A stretch of 63,519 nt of DNA, filler included, from Saprolegnia diclina VS20 (GCF_000281045.1; 9 parts of 5 records of this genome joined end to end with filler, not necessarily neighbours in it), one strand, 5' to 3'. Shown: positions 47,553 to 60,246, counted from the whole stretch's first letter. Numbers and translations are program-made. The notes: a model not told the origin generated them from the sequence alone.

Positions 47553-48019
47553 ATGATCCACGCCGCCACGATTCTTGTCGCCGCCCTCGCCACGTCTGCC
47601 GCCGCCGCCGACGTCTTTGGCCCAGAGAGCCTCGACCTTGTCCGCGAGTTTGAGGAGTGGAAGGCCAGCGAGGTCGGCCAGCAGGCCATCGAGAGCGGCT
47701 TTGTGCCGACAATCGAGGCCAACGGCCGCCAGGAAGGCGCCGAGTCGGAAGACGCGATCCAGCTCGAGCGCTTCCAGGAGACCAAGAAGATCGTCGAGCA
47801 GCTCAACAAGGAGCACCCCGAGGCCGAGTTCTCGGTGCACAACCCGTTTGCGCTGCTGAACGAAACCGAGTTTGCGGCTTTTGTCATGAAGTCGTTTGGC
47901 AACGACGAGCGCAAGCTGCGCGCCGCCGACCACATTGCCCGCGAGCTCACATCGGCGCAGCGCGAGGCGAGCGATGTCGACTGGGCCGCCCACCAGTGCA
48001 ACGGCCCGGTCAAGCACCA
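47553..48019 (+). CDS. C1A cysteine protease paralog of the 42676 gene, truncated by gap
   Basis: Signal peptide and propeptide (LERFQETKKIVEQLNK..NPFALL), then DWAAHQCNGPVKH before the gap. Confidence 0.88.
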
Positions 48020-48118
48020 NNNNNNNNNNNNNNNNNNNNNNNNNNNNNNNNNNNNNNNNNNNNTTAATTAATTAANNNNNNNNNNNNNNNNNNNNNNNNN
48101 NNNNNNNNNNNNNNNNNN

Positions 48119-51100
48119 NTCACAATAAGAAAATATCTTGTTGATCGTGTGAATCTAAGATTGTTTCTTATTGATCATGCGGGTCGGCTTAGTGATTGCG
48201 GCTTGGACCAAAATCTAGCGCTCAGTCCGTAGCAAAGATTACCGCGAATCGTTTGAACTCGAGTAGACAAGTTGGATATCAAAGAGCATACATGTACAGT
48301 ACAATTGTAGTGTCGATAATGAAAATATGGGTTTGCAAGAAGTATAGTTCAGTGCAGTTTAGGGATGGACGCCACGTATGGAAGGGCAATTGTCGGCAAG
48401 ACATGCTTCAAAAGTCAGTTTGGTGGCAAAGATACCGGCAGTAGCAGCGTGATTGGTGCAAAAGGGCTTCGCATTCCGGGAACGTTCTGAAACGGTTGTG
48501 CTTCTTGGCCGTTCGTTCCGGCCGGATCGGCGCTTCTGCGTGATTCATGGTTTGGACGAAGCGCATCTGCATCCAAAAGGGAGGCACTTGGTGCTCACGA
48601 TAGTTGTCTAACGCTGTGTCGACCCAGTTTTTGACACCAACCCATAAAGCGCATTTCACGGGCTCATAGTCTCCTGAGAGGAAGCTTGTGAGTCGGTTCA
48701 TGGTTCGACGGTACTGGACAATCTGGTCATTTGTATATCCAAGTCCGACGCGCAATGTCTGCATGGGCCGTCACTTGTACTAGTATGCAGTCTCTTGTAC
48801 AAGAGACTGCTACACTGGCGCCATCTGAGACGAGCTGGTAGTGCTGTGAGCATGAAACAGAACCGTCAAATCGAGGTAACATGGCGTTTGCTAACTTAAN
48901 NNNNNNNNNNNNNNNNNNNNNNNNNNNNNNNNNNNNNNNNNNNNNNNNNNNNNNNNNNNNNNNNNNNNNNNNNNNNNNNNNNNNNNNNNNNNNNNNNNNC
49001 TATATATATGAACGTGTTTCGCGTAATCTTCTCTTGGACCAAAATGTTGCGACTCACGATCCCTCGACAAGACGTTTCGCGAATCTGCATCGTCGATTTC
49101 TAGCTTTCAGTCCGTATCAAAGATTTCCGCGAATGCGTTTGAACTCGAGTCGACAAGTTGAACATCAAAGAGCATACACGTACAGTGCAATTGTAGCAGT
49201 GTTGCTTGGCCCCAAAACGACTCGGTCCCCGCAGATCTGATCTAGTACTGGATCTGTGCTGCAAAGACGGTTTGTCGCGTCAGCTCGACGCGGACTAAAG
49301 ATCTCGTCTCAACTCGCTCAACAACGAAGGCAGTCACACGCAACACAGTGGCGGTCCACAATGTCGTCTTCTTCTCCGCGACATGATAACATCACCAACC
49401 AGGACTACCGCGTCTCCCATTAGCTTCGCCTGGAGCGTGCAAATTTTGCTCGGTGTTTTTCGGAATCCGCTTGCATCCACGTAATGAATCTTCTGGTGCT
49501 TCCAGAGCTAATAGCGGCTGCTGCGCCGGTATCCACGGTCCGTCGCAGGTCGGACGCAAAGCGTGGCCAATCCCCGCTGCGTTCTCGCGGGCAAGTCGNN
49601 NNNNNNNNNNNNNNNNNNNNNNNNNNNNNNNNNNNNNNNNNNNNNNNNNNNNNNNNNNNNNNNNNNNNNNNNNNNNNNNNNNNNNNNNNNNNNNNNNNTA
49701 TGCAGTCTCTTGTACAAGAGACTGCTACACTGGCGCCATCTGAGACGAGCTGGTAGTGCTGTGAGCATGAAACAGAACCGTCAAATCGAGGTATGGAATC
49801 CAAATCATCGAGGTGGCCAATCAGCATTCGGTGGCCATGTTTACGCGGAGCGCAGTCCAACGGAGCTGGAAGCAAACTGTCGATTACGTAACCCTCCAAC
49901 GACACATCACAAGGAGCAGCCCCGACCACCAACCCGAGCACCCTGTACCGTGCTAACGACGCACATAGATGTACCTGTTGCTGAGCTCATCATCTTTAGC
50001 AGCAGCCATCGAGCGGCGCCAGCTTCAGTGTCCATAGCTACGAGGCCCACATGACACGAAATCAAATTCATCAGCCAATCACAAACGCGGGTTACCAACA
50101 TTCTCGCTTTTGAGCATTTCGATCGGCAAATGACATACATTCTCCATGTGGACAGGCCAGTGCGACAGTCGCTGGCGCCCACGTCAAGAACCCTCAGTCT
50201 TCAATTCCCCTTGCATTATGCAGACGACCTCCNNNNNNNNNNNNNNNNNNNNNNNNNNNNNNNNNNNNNNNNNNNNTTAATTAATTAANNNNNNNNNNNN
50301 NNNNNNNNNNNNNNNNNNNNNNNNNNNNNNNNTGAGTTGAGACCGCAACTGGTATTTGAGCTATGTCACCGGACTAACAACCAGTCGACACCCTCTCTAG
50401 CTGTAGTTTGGTACAAGACTCACAATAAGAAAATATCTTGTTGATCGTGTGAATCTAAGATTGTTTCTTATTGATTGTGCGGCTCGGATGATTGGTCGTC
50501 TGGATATAAGATATTTTCTCATTGATCGCGCGGGTCGGCTGATTGCGGCTTGGACCCAAATGTTGCGACTCACGATCCCTCGACAAGACGTTTCGCGAAT
50601 CTGCATCGTCGATTTCTAGCCTTCAGTCCGTAGCAAAGATTACCGCCATGCAATTGAACTCGAGTCGACAAGTTAAACATCAAAGAGCATACACGCACAG
50701 TACAATTGTAGCTCAATAATGAAAATATGGGTTTGCAAGAAGTATAGTCCAGTGCAGTTTAGGAACGGACGCCACGAATGGAAGGGCAATTGTCGGCAAG
50801 ACAAGCTTCAAAAGCCAGTTTGATGGCGAAGATACCGACAGTAGCAGCGCTACTTGGCCCCAAAATGACTCGGGCAGATTAGATCTAGAGCTGGATATGT
50901 GCTACAAAGACGGTTTGTCGCGTCAGCTCGACGCGGACTAAAGATCTCGTCTCAACTCGCTGAGCGACGAAGGCTAGTCACACGCAACACAGATCACGTG
51001 GCGGTCCACAATGTCGTCTTCTTCTCCGCGACATGATAACATCACCAGCCAGGACTACCGCGTCTCCCATTAGCTTCGCCTGGAGCGTGCAAATTTTGCT

Positions 51101-51655
51101 TGGTGTTTTCGGAATCCGCTTGCATCCACGTGATGAATCTTCAGGTGCTTCGAGAGCTAATAGCGGCTGCTGCGCCGATATCCACGGTCCGTCGCAGGTC
51201 GGACGCAAAGCGTGGCCAATCCCCGCTGCGTTCTCGCGGGCAAGTCGATCGACCATGGCCATGTTTACGCGGAGCGCAGTCCAACGGAGCTGGAAGCAAA
51301 CCGTCGATTACGTAACCCTCCAACGACACATCACAAGGAGCAGCCCCGACCACCAACACGAGCACCCTGTACCGTGCTAACGACACACATAGATGTACCT
51401 GTTGCTGAGCTCATCATATTTAACAGCAGCCATCGAGCGGCGCCAGCTCCAGTGTCCACAGCTACGAGGCCCACATGACATGAAATCAAATTCATCAGCC
51501 AATCACAAGCGCGGGTTACCAGCATTCTCGCTTTTGAGCAGTTCCAAACGCAAAAGAAAAAAAATCCCCAACCGGAAAAGCCAGTGCGACAGTCGCTGGC
51601 GCCAACGTCAAGAACCCTCAGTCTTCAATTCCCCTTGCATTATGCAGACGACCTC
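48119..51655. repeat. Mosaic local duplications of the region upstream of the 51642 gene
   Basis: 48119-48450 resembles 50420-50850; 49035-49598 resembles 50550-51247; 48784-48876 resembles 49699-49791; 49833-50232 resembles 51257-51656. Confidence 0.85.
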
Positions 51656-52199
51656 CGCGCTTCCGATGCACCAGCCACAGTACCTCGTCGGCGACACGGC
51701 GCACCTCCAAGCTGAGCGCGACGCCCACCAAATGGGCTATGGCGGCGGCACCCTCTTCATCAGCGCCGGGTCCTTCATCCACGCTACCGGCCCTATTGTC
51801 GTACCCAAGCGCATTGTCATCACGGTCATTCTCAAAGGCGCGACGGTCGATCTGACCCAGGCAACGTTCGTACACCCGGTCACCGAAGTCAAAATCTGCG
51901 CCGTCCTCGGCGGTGTCAAGCTCATCCTGCCGCGCGGCGTCCGCTGCGAGACGTCGGGGCTCAGCATCTTTGGCGCCTTCAAGAATGCCAACAACCAGCC
52001 GGCATCGCACGGAGCGAGTGCGCCTCTCGTACGCATCACGGGCCTCTCGGTCTTTGGCGGCGCCAAAGCGTCTGTGTGCACGAAGAGCGCACCCCTCGTC
52101 GTCGTGCCGTCGCTGCCCGAGGTCACGATCGAGACGGCGCCCGCCGAGAGCCTGCCGGTCGCGATGCCCGCCCCCGAGGCCTCGGCCAAGACAGTGTAG
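51642..52199 (+). CDS. LiaF C-terminal/DUF2154-like beta-rich protein (as in actinobacterial DUF1707 proteins)
   Basis: GPIVVP..ILKGATVDLTQATF..VTEVKICAVLGGVKLILPRGV..GLSIFGAF..APLVRITGLSVFGG. Intronless. Confidence 0.75.
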   Translation: MQTTSALPMHQPQYLVGDTAHLQAERDAHQMGYGGGTLFISAGSFIHATGPIVVPKRIVITVILKGATVDLTQATFVHPVTEVKICAVLGGVKLILPRGVRCETSGLSIFGAFKNANNQPASHGASAPLVRITGLSVFGGAKASVCTKSAPLVVVPSLPEVTIETAPAESLPVAMPAPEASAKTV

Positions 52200-53283
52200 T
52201 CGCTCTGGGTTGCGCATCTTTATATTGCTTTATCTATCGAATGAACGCGAAAACACGTGGTTGGCTCCGCTATATCTCGATACATTCAGTGTCTTCTCGC
52301 AAGAAACAATTGCTTTCTCTCATATACCTTATGTGCCTTACCACCAAGCTTTGATGAGCGACGACTTCCACGGCAGTTGAGAGCAAAAATCGATGCCGCG
52401 AGGACACGCTGCGGTACTCTCAACCTCGTTGGCCAACGTTTCGATGTTCGTGGCCTAAGATTTGCATTCTTATTTATTCAATGTCATACTTATTTCTCTT
52501 TTCTAGTCTATCGTGGCTTGGGTGTCGCTGAGCAGGTCGACGAGCCATGGTCGACCTTACGGCACCTCGACACGAGCCGCAACTAGCAGGCGTACTGCGC
52601 GCAGCCAGTACCTATGGAATGTCATTGAGAGTCATTTGCACTGATACTGGCAAAGCAAAGGTCGCTTCGCCATCAACAACAACCATATATTACTCTACAC
52701 AAACGTCCTAGACCATGACATCTACACGTACCCCCCGACAGGGGGCGTGGCTTGCTGCTGGTATTTTTCATCCTCGACGCTAGCATCGTCATCGTCGTGG
52801 TGGTTGGACAGAAAGGCCTTGTAGCAGCCCGCGCNNNNNNNNNNNNNNNNNNNNNNNNNNNNNNNNNNNNNNNNNNNNTTAATTAATTAANNNNNNNNNN
52901 NNNNNNNNNNNNNNNNNNNNNNNNNNNNNNNNNNGCTGGGCTGCATCTTGGCCCAGAGCTCGCGCTGGTTGTGCTGGTGCTTCCACGCGGTGCCCCAGTA
53001 CACTTGATGCAGTTCTTGCTCCTTTGGCGTGCACAGTGTGAGTTTTTGTGGCGCGTCGTTCGTGGCGCGGGCTCAGATGCGATGGCGATAGTAGGTTGGT
53101 GCAACATGCGCGAACGTTCGCCTTTACCGACTGGCACATGCGCGCGTTTATTGACACATTAGGTGTGGTACGAACTAAACCATGTTGATTGATGCAACAG
53201 TTCGAAGACCGTTTGCGAAGGCTCAAGTACCACGGCACATCCGACTTGTGCTCGTACCGTTGCCGGTACAGTCCCGATGAAAG

Positions 53284-53423
53284 GTGATGCGTCCCTAGAG
53301 TCTATCGCGTCGCCAAAACACGCTTGGTGAGTCTCCGAATATATAGGGTACATCAGTATCCTATATATTCGGAGACTCACCAAGCGTGTTTTGGCGACGC
53401 GATAGACTCTAGGGACGCATCAC
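53284..53423. repeat. Perfect inverted repeat, 64-bp arms with 12-nt spacer
   Basis: 53284-53347 is the exact reverse complement of 53360-53423. Spacer GTACATCAGTAT. Confidence 0.97.
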
Positions 53424-54162
53424 ACAAAAGTGCCTTATCAACCCGGCGAAAATCTCAACAATTTTTTAAAGTCTCCTTGAAAAGCCCAACGCATCGCATA
53501 TACTCGGGAATTTTGAGAAGGGCGCTATCCATTCGAACCTGTGCAAGTCAACAATTGCGTTGGTAGTTCGGTGCGATCTTTGCCGTTGGCCGTAGACAGT
53601 ATCACTGTACCGCGCCAAAAAGCCGGTGCACGGTCGCTTCTGACCGCACATTTTTCTGCAAACCCAGCTGTTGTCGCAAAAGAGTGCGCCGATGATGATG
53701 CGACCTACGCGGATCGAACGCATGAGACCTCGCAAGAAGCGGTCATCCCTGATCGAACCCTCCGGCTTGTTGTCTCGCAGCGGCCCACACATCCTGCACC
53801 GTAAGTCCTCATTAACCAAATTTCCTTGTCTGCATCATGGTGACCATTCTCAAGCCCGCCTCGGTTCTACGCCAAGAGCATTGGCGTTCAAGGCAGTCAT
53901 AGCGTAGTACCGGCGAGAATCACAAATGCCGAGACGGACCAGTTGTCGTAGTAGTACATGAGAAGGAGGAAGAAGGGAAACGTGAGGCCCTTGTGAGCGT
54001 TCATGAGGNNNNNNNNNNNNNNNNNNNNNNNNNNNNNNNNNNNNNNNNNNNNTTAATTAATTAANNNNNNNNNNNNNNNNNNNNNNNNNNNNNNNNNNNN
54101 NNNNNNNNAACACTTGTTAGAACTCAGACGCAGAATGCCAATCGTCGCGATATCCGAAATCG

Positions 54163-55760
54163 ATGCAAGCGCCAAACTACCGGTACGCGGGGGCGGTGCT
54201 CGCCGACTGGGGCGACGTTGCTGTGTGGAAGCGCGGCTTCCTCGACGCCGCAGCTGCGCAAGGCCTGCGTGAGTACTACACAGTGAAGGACCATGCGATC
54301 GACCCAACCATCTCGCCTACCCGACGCGCTGAGATCCACGCGGCTGCTGAGATTGCCGTGGCGCCTGTGGCACACGACTTGTCATCAAAAGCGTTTGGCA
54401 AGGCTCTGCTGGCGCGCACACACGCGATCATTGCGTACGTGGCTCACGCTGTCACGACCGAGGAAGCAGCGGCCCGAGTGCGCCCCATTGCAGCCGTGGA
54501 CTTTCTACTCTCGGCGCTCTCGCCCCATCTCCACAACGAGCTTGGCGACTACAAGTCGCCGTACGCGCTCTGGACTAAGATCCACGACAAGGGCTACGTG
54601 CTCATGGACGACTGCCGCCTCTTTGGTCTTCTGGAGCACGTCCGATTTGCTGACGACGACGAGCTCCCGCATGCCCTCGCACGCGTCGAGGAGCACATCC
54701 AGCGCTTCGTCAACGTCATCTTTGTGCCAAGCCATGGCTCTGATGCGCGGCTTGTGGCAGCTGCCGATCGCTTGAAGATGGCACTGCTCTGCAACGCGTG
54801 TCCGCTAGAAATGGCTCGCGTCTTTGAGGCTTGGCGCGCCGACGAGCCCGTGTGGGACTATGCATCGATGCGGCGTCGGCTTGTCGAGCAGTGTCAGTCG
54901 CAACATCAAGACTCTGTGGCCAGGGCCGTCGTTGTAGCACCAGTGGTTGCTGCGCCAAGGGCCGCCAGCATTGAAGCACAGTCTACCTCGGTGTCTACCA
55001 GAGATACCGCCATCGCGCGCGTCGACAGAAACAACGACGCGAGCGCGTCACAAGGTACCTTTATCGATGCTGCATGAGGTGTCGAGCCAACGATGACGAC
55101 GTAGGCGTACCAGTCGCAACACGACCGAGAAAAAATGGTAAACGTAAAAAGCACGGTGCAGAAGCTGCAACATATGGCTCACACAGGTACGGACCATGCT
55201 CTTCGGGACCTCCCAATTTCTCATGATTTGCGTAGCCACCACGCGAGCAGCAAGCGGCGAAAGCACAAATCGCCGCCGCCGTCGTCGTCACCAGGTACGA
55301 GCTTGCGTGGTCGGCCCAAGTTTCTTGAAGCATGCAATAGTCGAGCTCAAGGGCGAAGTCGTACGCGCGCACTTGCCATCACAGCTGCAAGCTGGCGCTA
55401 AGCCGTACCCAACCCCTCTGTGTTGCAGTCTTTCACGTGACACGATAGAGCTGCAGTGGCGCCTACAGGCGACGGGCATTCGAGCAGCCGCACAACCCCC
55501 AGCGCGGCCAAGAAGCAACTTGAACCTATAGTGTTCACACAAGCAGAGCTGGCATTTTTTGAGGCTTCGAAATATTGCAGACGCCAAAGAGAGATCTTCC
55601 AGCTTGGGCAAGCCCAAGGTCTCTTCATCAACAAACCCCCGAAACATATTAGGGTAAATCTGCGACATTTCCAATCTACCGGTATTGACAATTATGTCTG
55701 TAGAGCGAGCTCAATCGGTTGCGTCTCATGCGCAAGGCCGCGGCGGAGGTTCAAACGTGA
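54163..55760 (+). CDS. Copia Gag (UBN2)-like plus Myb/SANT-like protein, copy 1 (6 exons)
   Basis: Exon 1 reads VLADW..WKRGFL..GL..Y / FLLSALSP..KSPYALW / LLCNACP / MRRRLVE. In-frame GT-AG splicing leads to FTQAELAFF..GLFINKPPKHIRSELNRLR*. Confidence 0.7.
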
Positions 55761-56362
55761 GATCAACTCCTCTCGTGTCTCCCGACTCGGTTTTGATACC
55801 AAATTTATTGTTGATCTTGAGATGTGCACCTGCAACAACGCTGCATCATTCATTCGCTCAGATCTGAGAGATCTACTACTAGCGACATACTGCTACCTGC
55901 ACATGCAGGAGGTGCTACTGGCTGGTATGACCGACTCAGTACTGGTGTCCGGTAATACTTCGAGGTCGGACAGCCTCTAGTGGCTGTAGCGGCGACGACG
56001 CACCGAGATTACCAGTAGTATCAAGTTGATATATCATTCCTTGTGCACAAAGTCGTCTACATCGCAGTGCTGACCTTGCACTGACCGTAGCGCGAATGGA
56101 AGCTTGTCAAGCCACAAGGCGAGTTGGTCCAGAGAGCCTCGCCGGTATCGGATACCAATCGCAACTGCGCTGTCGGCGTTGCAGAGCCGCATGTTACGCG
56201 GCATTGAGCAACATTAGTGATGATTCAGTAAAATTCCATTATGACATTATGATGACAGTAGTTTTTGCTGTGCGCTGCGCGTGCCAGCTCATCACACTAA
56301 TAACACTTGTTCGATACAATGCATCGAAACACATGTTCGGAGAACCTGCGAACCGTCGCAAA

Positions 56363-58089
56363 ATGCCAAGAGCCATGGCGCCATTCGCGGGGCTGATGCT
56401 CACCGACTGGGGCGGCGTAGCTGCGTGGAAGCGCGCCTTCCTCGACGCCGCAGCAACCCGCGGCCTGCACCAGTACTACACTGTCCACGACTACGAGGAC
56501 CCAGTGACCATCTCACCTGCCCGACGCATCGAGATCCACGCCGCCGCCGAGGCCGCCGTGCCGCCCGTGCCGCACGACTTGCCGTCGGCCGCGTTTGGTG
56601 ACGCTGTCCTAGTGCGGGCCCACGCGATCGTTGCGCATGTGACCGCCGCCATGACGGCCGAGGCAGCGGCAGTCCGAGCACACAACGTGGCGGCGGCCGT
56701 GTCTTTTTTGCTGTCGGCACTCTCGCCCCACCTTCGCGACGAGCTCGACGAGAGCAAGTCGCCGTCTCTGCTCTGGGCTGAGGTACACGCCAAGGGCTTT
56801 GTCCTCATGGACGACTGCCGCTTCTTCAAGCTCCTAGAAAACGTACGTTTTGCCAACGACGACGAGCTGCCCGACGGCCTCACACGCGTCGAGGAGCACA
56901 TCCAGCGCTTCGTCGACGTCATCTTTGTGCCAAGCCATGGCTCTGATGCGCGGCTTTTAGCGGCTGCCGACCGCTTGAAGATGGCACTGCTCTGCAACGC
57001 GTGTCCACCACTGATGGCCAAAGTTTGTGAAGCCTGGCGCGCCGACGAACCAGTGTGGAACTATGCATCGATGCGGCGTCGGCTCGTCGAGCAGTGCGAG
57101 TTGCAGCATCTTGGCTTCGTGGCCAATGCCTCGCCGGCGCCCGCAGTCGATGCTCTACATGCGCAAGCAGTCGCTGCGCCGCCTGCGACAACGGCGAAAA
57201 GCCTGGAGGCCGTGGCCCACAACCCATCATCGGCAACGAGCGCAGCGGGTATACCATGCAGCCTCACCAGCGAAGTTATCGGACGTGACGCCGACGACAG
57301 CGAGGACGACATGGGTGAGTCACAGCGACCGCAAGATGGCGATGCGCATGAAGCCGTAGAGCTTAGCACCGGCGATGACGATGACGTGCCAATCGCAACA
57401 CAGCATCGAGGAAGAGGCCGGCCTAAGAAGCGCCGCCCCGAATCCTCCGTCCATGGTTTGCACAATAGCACGAGGTACGAACCCTGCGCAACCATGGTTG
57501 GAGTCATGAGGTTCGTACCTGCGTAGCAATCAGCAAAAGCGCAAGCGGCTCGCGCCCGAATCAGCGGCGAAGGCTCCGCGATGTACGGGCTCTCACGGTC
57601 AATTTCTTTGGACACTCAGGCCTGAAGCTATAGGTGGTACCGCCTTCGAGCTCAAGGACAAAACCGTCCCCAAAAGAATGTCGGCGCGACTGCACGCCGG
57701 AACCCTGCGGTACGGAAGCAATCAATACTAATTGCATCCTTCCATGTTGCGCGATAGAGCCATGGGAGCCGCGCCAGTCGAGTGCGACGTTCATGGCAGC
57801 AGCACCAAGTCGGAATCCGACGACGGCACGTCGGTCCGTAATGCAGCAAAGACCTGCAGGTACAAACCAGAAGAGGTCGAGTTTTTGCGCAGTGCACTTG
57901 CGAACACCACCGACTCGGACCAAATCATCTACGAGCGCGGCCGTGCGCAGGGTCTCTTTGCCAACCGATTGTTGTCCTCGGTACAGGTAATTCCTCGCCC
58001 TTGAAGCAATAGGTCGTGGACATTGGCGATGATAGAAGAAGCTTTTGCGGATGAAGACCGTCACGTCCGCTGCTACATTGTCTGCCTAA
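56363..58089 (+). CDS. Copia Gag-like plus AT-hook/NLS plus Myb-like protein, copy 2 (5 exons)
   Basis: Same Gag-like core plus RGRGRPKK. Introns 57475-57526, 57583-57633, 57710-57757 and about 57987-58035 join in frame to YKPEEVEFL..GLFANRLLSSVQKKLLRMK. Confidence 0.72.
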
Positions 58090-58507
58090 AGTTGAACATT
58101 GTGTGTCTACTTCCTCATTGAAGAGAGTGCTCATGCTTGATGTTTTTCGTTGGCGAGAAGGGACGGGCTATCGTGAGTCCACTCGTTCCGAGACTGCGAT
58201 GGTGCCGACTACAGGTGTTTGGTGCTGCCAAAGGGACTCATTGCCACCAACCGGGCTGCATTTGTCGGCTTGTCGCACTGGCTCGCGGCTTTGCTTGCGA
58301 CCTCGTACAACGGTGGCGTCCAAACCGGTAAACGTGGACATCACAACATGAAGATACATGCTGCACGCAGCGCGTGCCAGCTCATCACAGGTGTTAGAGT
58401 TATCATAACATGTTCGTACCCAATATTTCAAGCAATATAATTGGGCAACGTGCATCTAACAAATGTGTTGTGCGCGTTAGAACGCAAGCTCCAACTGCCA
58501 ATTGGAA

Positions 58508-60246
58508 ATGCAAGCAAACGGCAAGCCAAACCACTACACGGGGCCGGTGCTCGCCGACTGGGGCGGCGTCGCTGCGTGGAAGCGCGGCTTCCTCGACGCC
58601 GCAGCTGCACAAGGCCTGCACAAGTACTACACTGTCCCCGACTACGCCGACCCCGAGGCCATCTCGCCTGCCCGACGCGCTGAGATCCACGCCGCCGCCG
58701 AGATTGCCGTGCGCCCGTAGCACATGAGCTGCCGTCGGCCGCGTTTGGCAAGGCTCTGCTCGCGCGCACGCACGCAATCATTGCGTACGTGGCGGGCGCT
58801 GTCACGACCGAGGAAGCGGCGGTCCGAGCGCACAATGTGGCGGCGGCCGTGTCGTTTCTGCTCTCGGCACTCTCGCCCCGCCTCCGCAACAATCTCGGAA
58901 CAGACAAGTCGCCGTACGCGCTCTGGACCAAGATCCACGACAAGGGCTACGTGCTCATGGACGACTGCCGCCTCTTTGGTCTTCTGGAGCACGTCCGTTT
59001 GGCCGACGACGACGAGCTCCTTCATGGCCTCGCACGCGTCGAGGAGCACATCCAGCGCTTTGTCGACGTCATCTTTGTGCCAAGCCATGGCTCTGATGCG
59101 CGGCTTGTAGCGGCTGCCGACCGCTTGAAGATGGCACTGCTCTGCAACGCGTGTCTGGGAGATATGGCTGACACCTTTGAAGCTTGGCGCGCCGACGAGC
59201 CTGCTTGGGACTATGCATACATGCGACGTCGGCTCGTTGAGCAATCCAAGTCGCTGCATGGCGGCTTTCTGGCCGAGAACATACCAGCAAGGGCCGTCGA
59301 TGCTCCACAGGTGTTGATCCCTGATGCGCCGCCCGCAACCGTGGCCGATATGCTAGAGGTGCCGCTTGCAGCCGCAGTCTGCGGCCCAGCGACGGCAACA
59401 AGCGCGGATGACCTAGCATCCAGCCCCCGCGCCGCCGCAAAAGCCATCGACCGTGACGTCGACGGCAGCGAGGATGACATGGGTGCGTCACAGCGACCTC
59501 AAGATCTGTCGAAATGTATGAAAACGTAGCGCTCGCGACCGAAGACGATGATGACGCGCCAATCGCAACAATCGGCAAAGGACGACGCCGACTTAATCTT
59601 AAGAAGCGCAGTCCCGAAGCCTCCGCGCATGGTGTACGCACTAGCACGAGGTACAGACACTGCGCAACCTAGTATGTTGAAGAGCCGACGTTTCTACTTG
59701 AGTAGCAACCAACAAAAGCGGAAGCGGCTCGCGCACGAATCAGCGCCAAAGGCTCCGCGATGTACGAGCTCTCACGGTCAATTTATCTCGACACTTAGGA
59801 ATATAGGTGGTACCGCCTTCGAGCTCAAGGAAGAAGTTGTTGCCACACGGTCCTCGGCGCGACTGCATGCCGGAACACTGCCGTATGGAAGCAACCCGTC
59901 CTTATTGCATCCTTCCACATGCCGCAATAGAGAGACGGTCGAGTGCGATGGGCAGGGTAGCAGCACCGAGTCGGAATCTGACGACGGCCCGTCGGTCCGT
60001 GGTGCAGCGAAGACCTGCAGGTACCAGCCGGAAGAGATCGAGTTTTTGCGCAGAGCACTTGCGAATACCACCGACTCGGACCAAGTCATGTACGAGCGTG
60101 GCCGTGCGCAGGGTCTCTTTGTCAACCGCTCGTTCCGAGCGATTCAGGTAGTACTTTGCATGTGATGCAATAGGTCGTGGACATTGCGAGGTTAGAGCAA
60201 GCTGATGCGGATGAAGACGACGTCTGCTGCCACATCGTCTGCCTAA
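58508..60246 (+). pseudogene. Copy 3 of the Gag-like/Myb-like family, with two frameshifts
   Basis: A 1-bp loss near 58712 (GTG CGC CCG TAG versus GTG GCC CCC GTG in copy 4) and a 2-bp gain near 59505 (caagatCTgtcg versus caagatgtcg). Downstream exons are intact. Confidence 0.68.
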
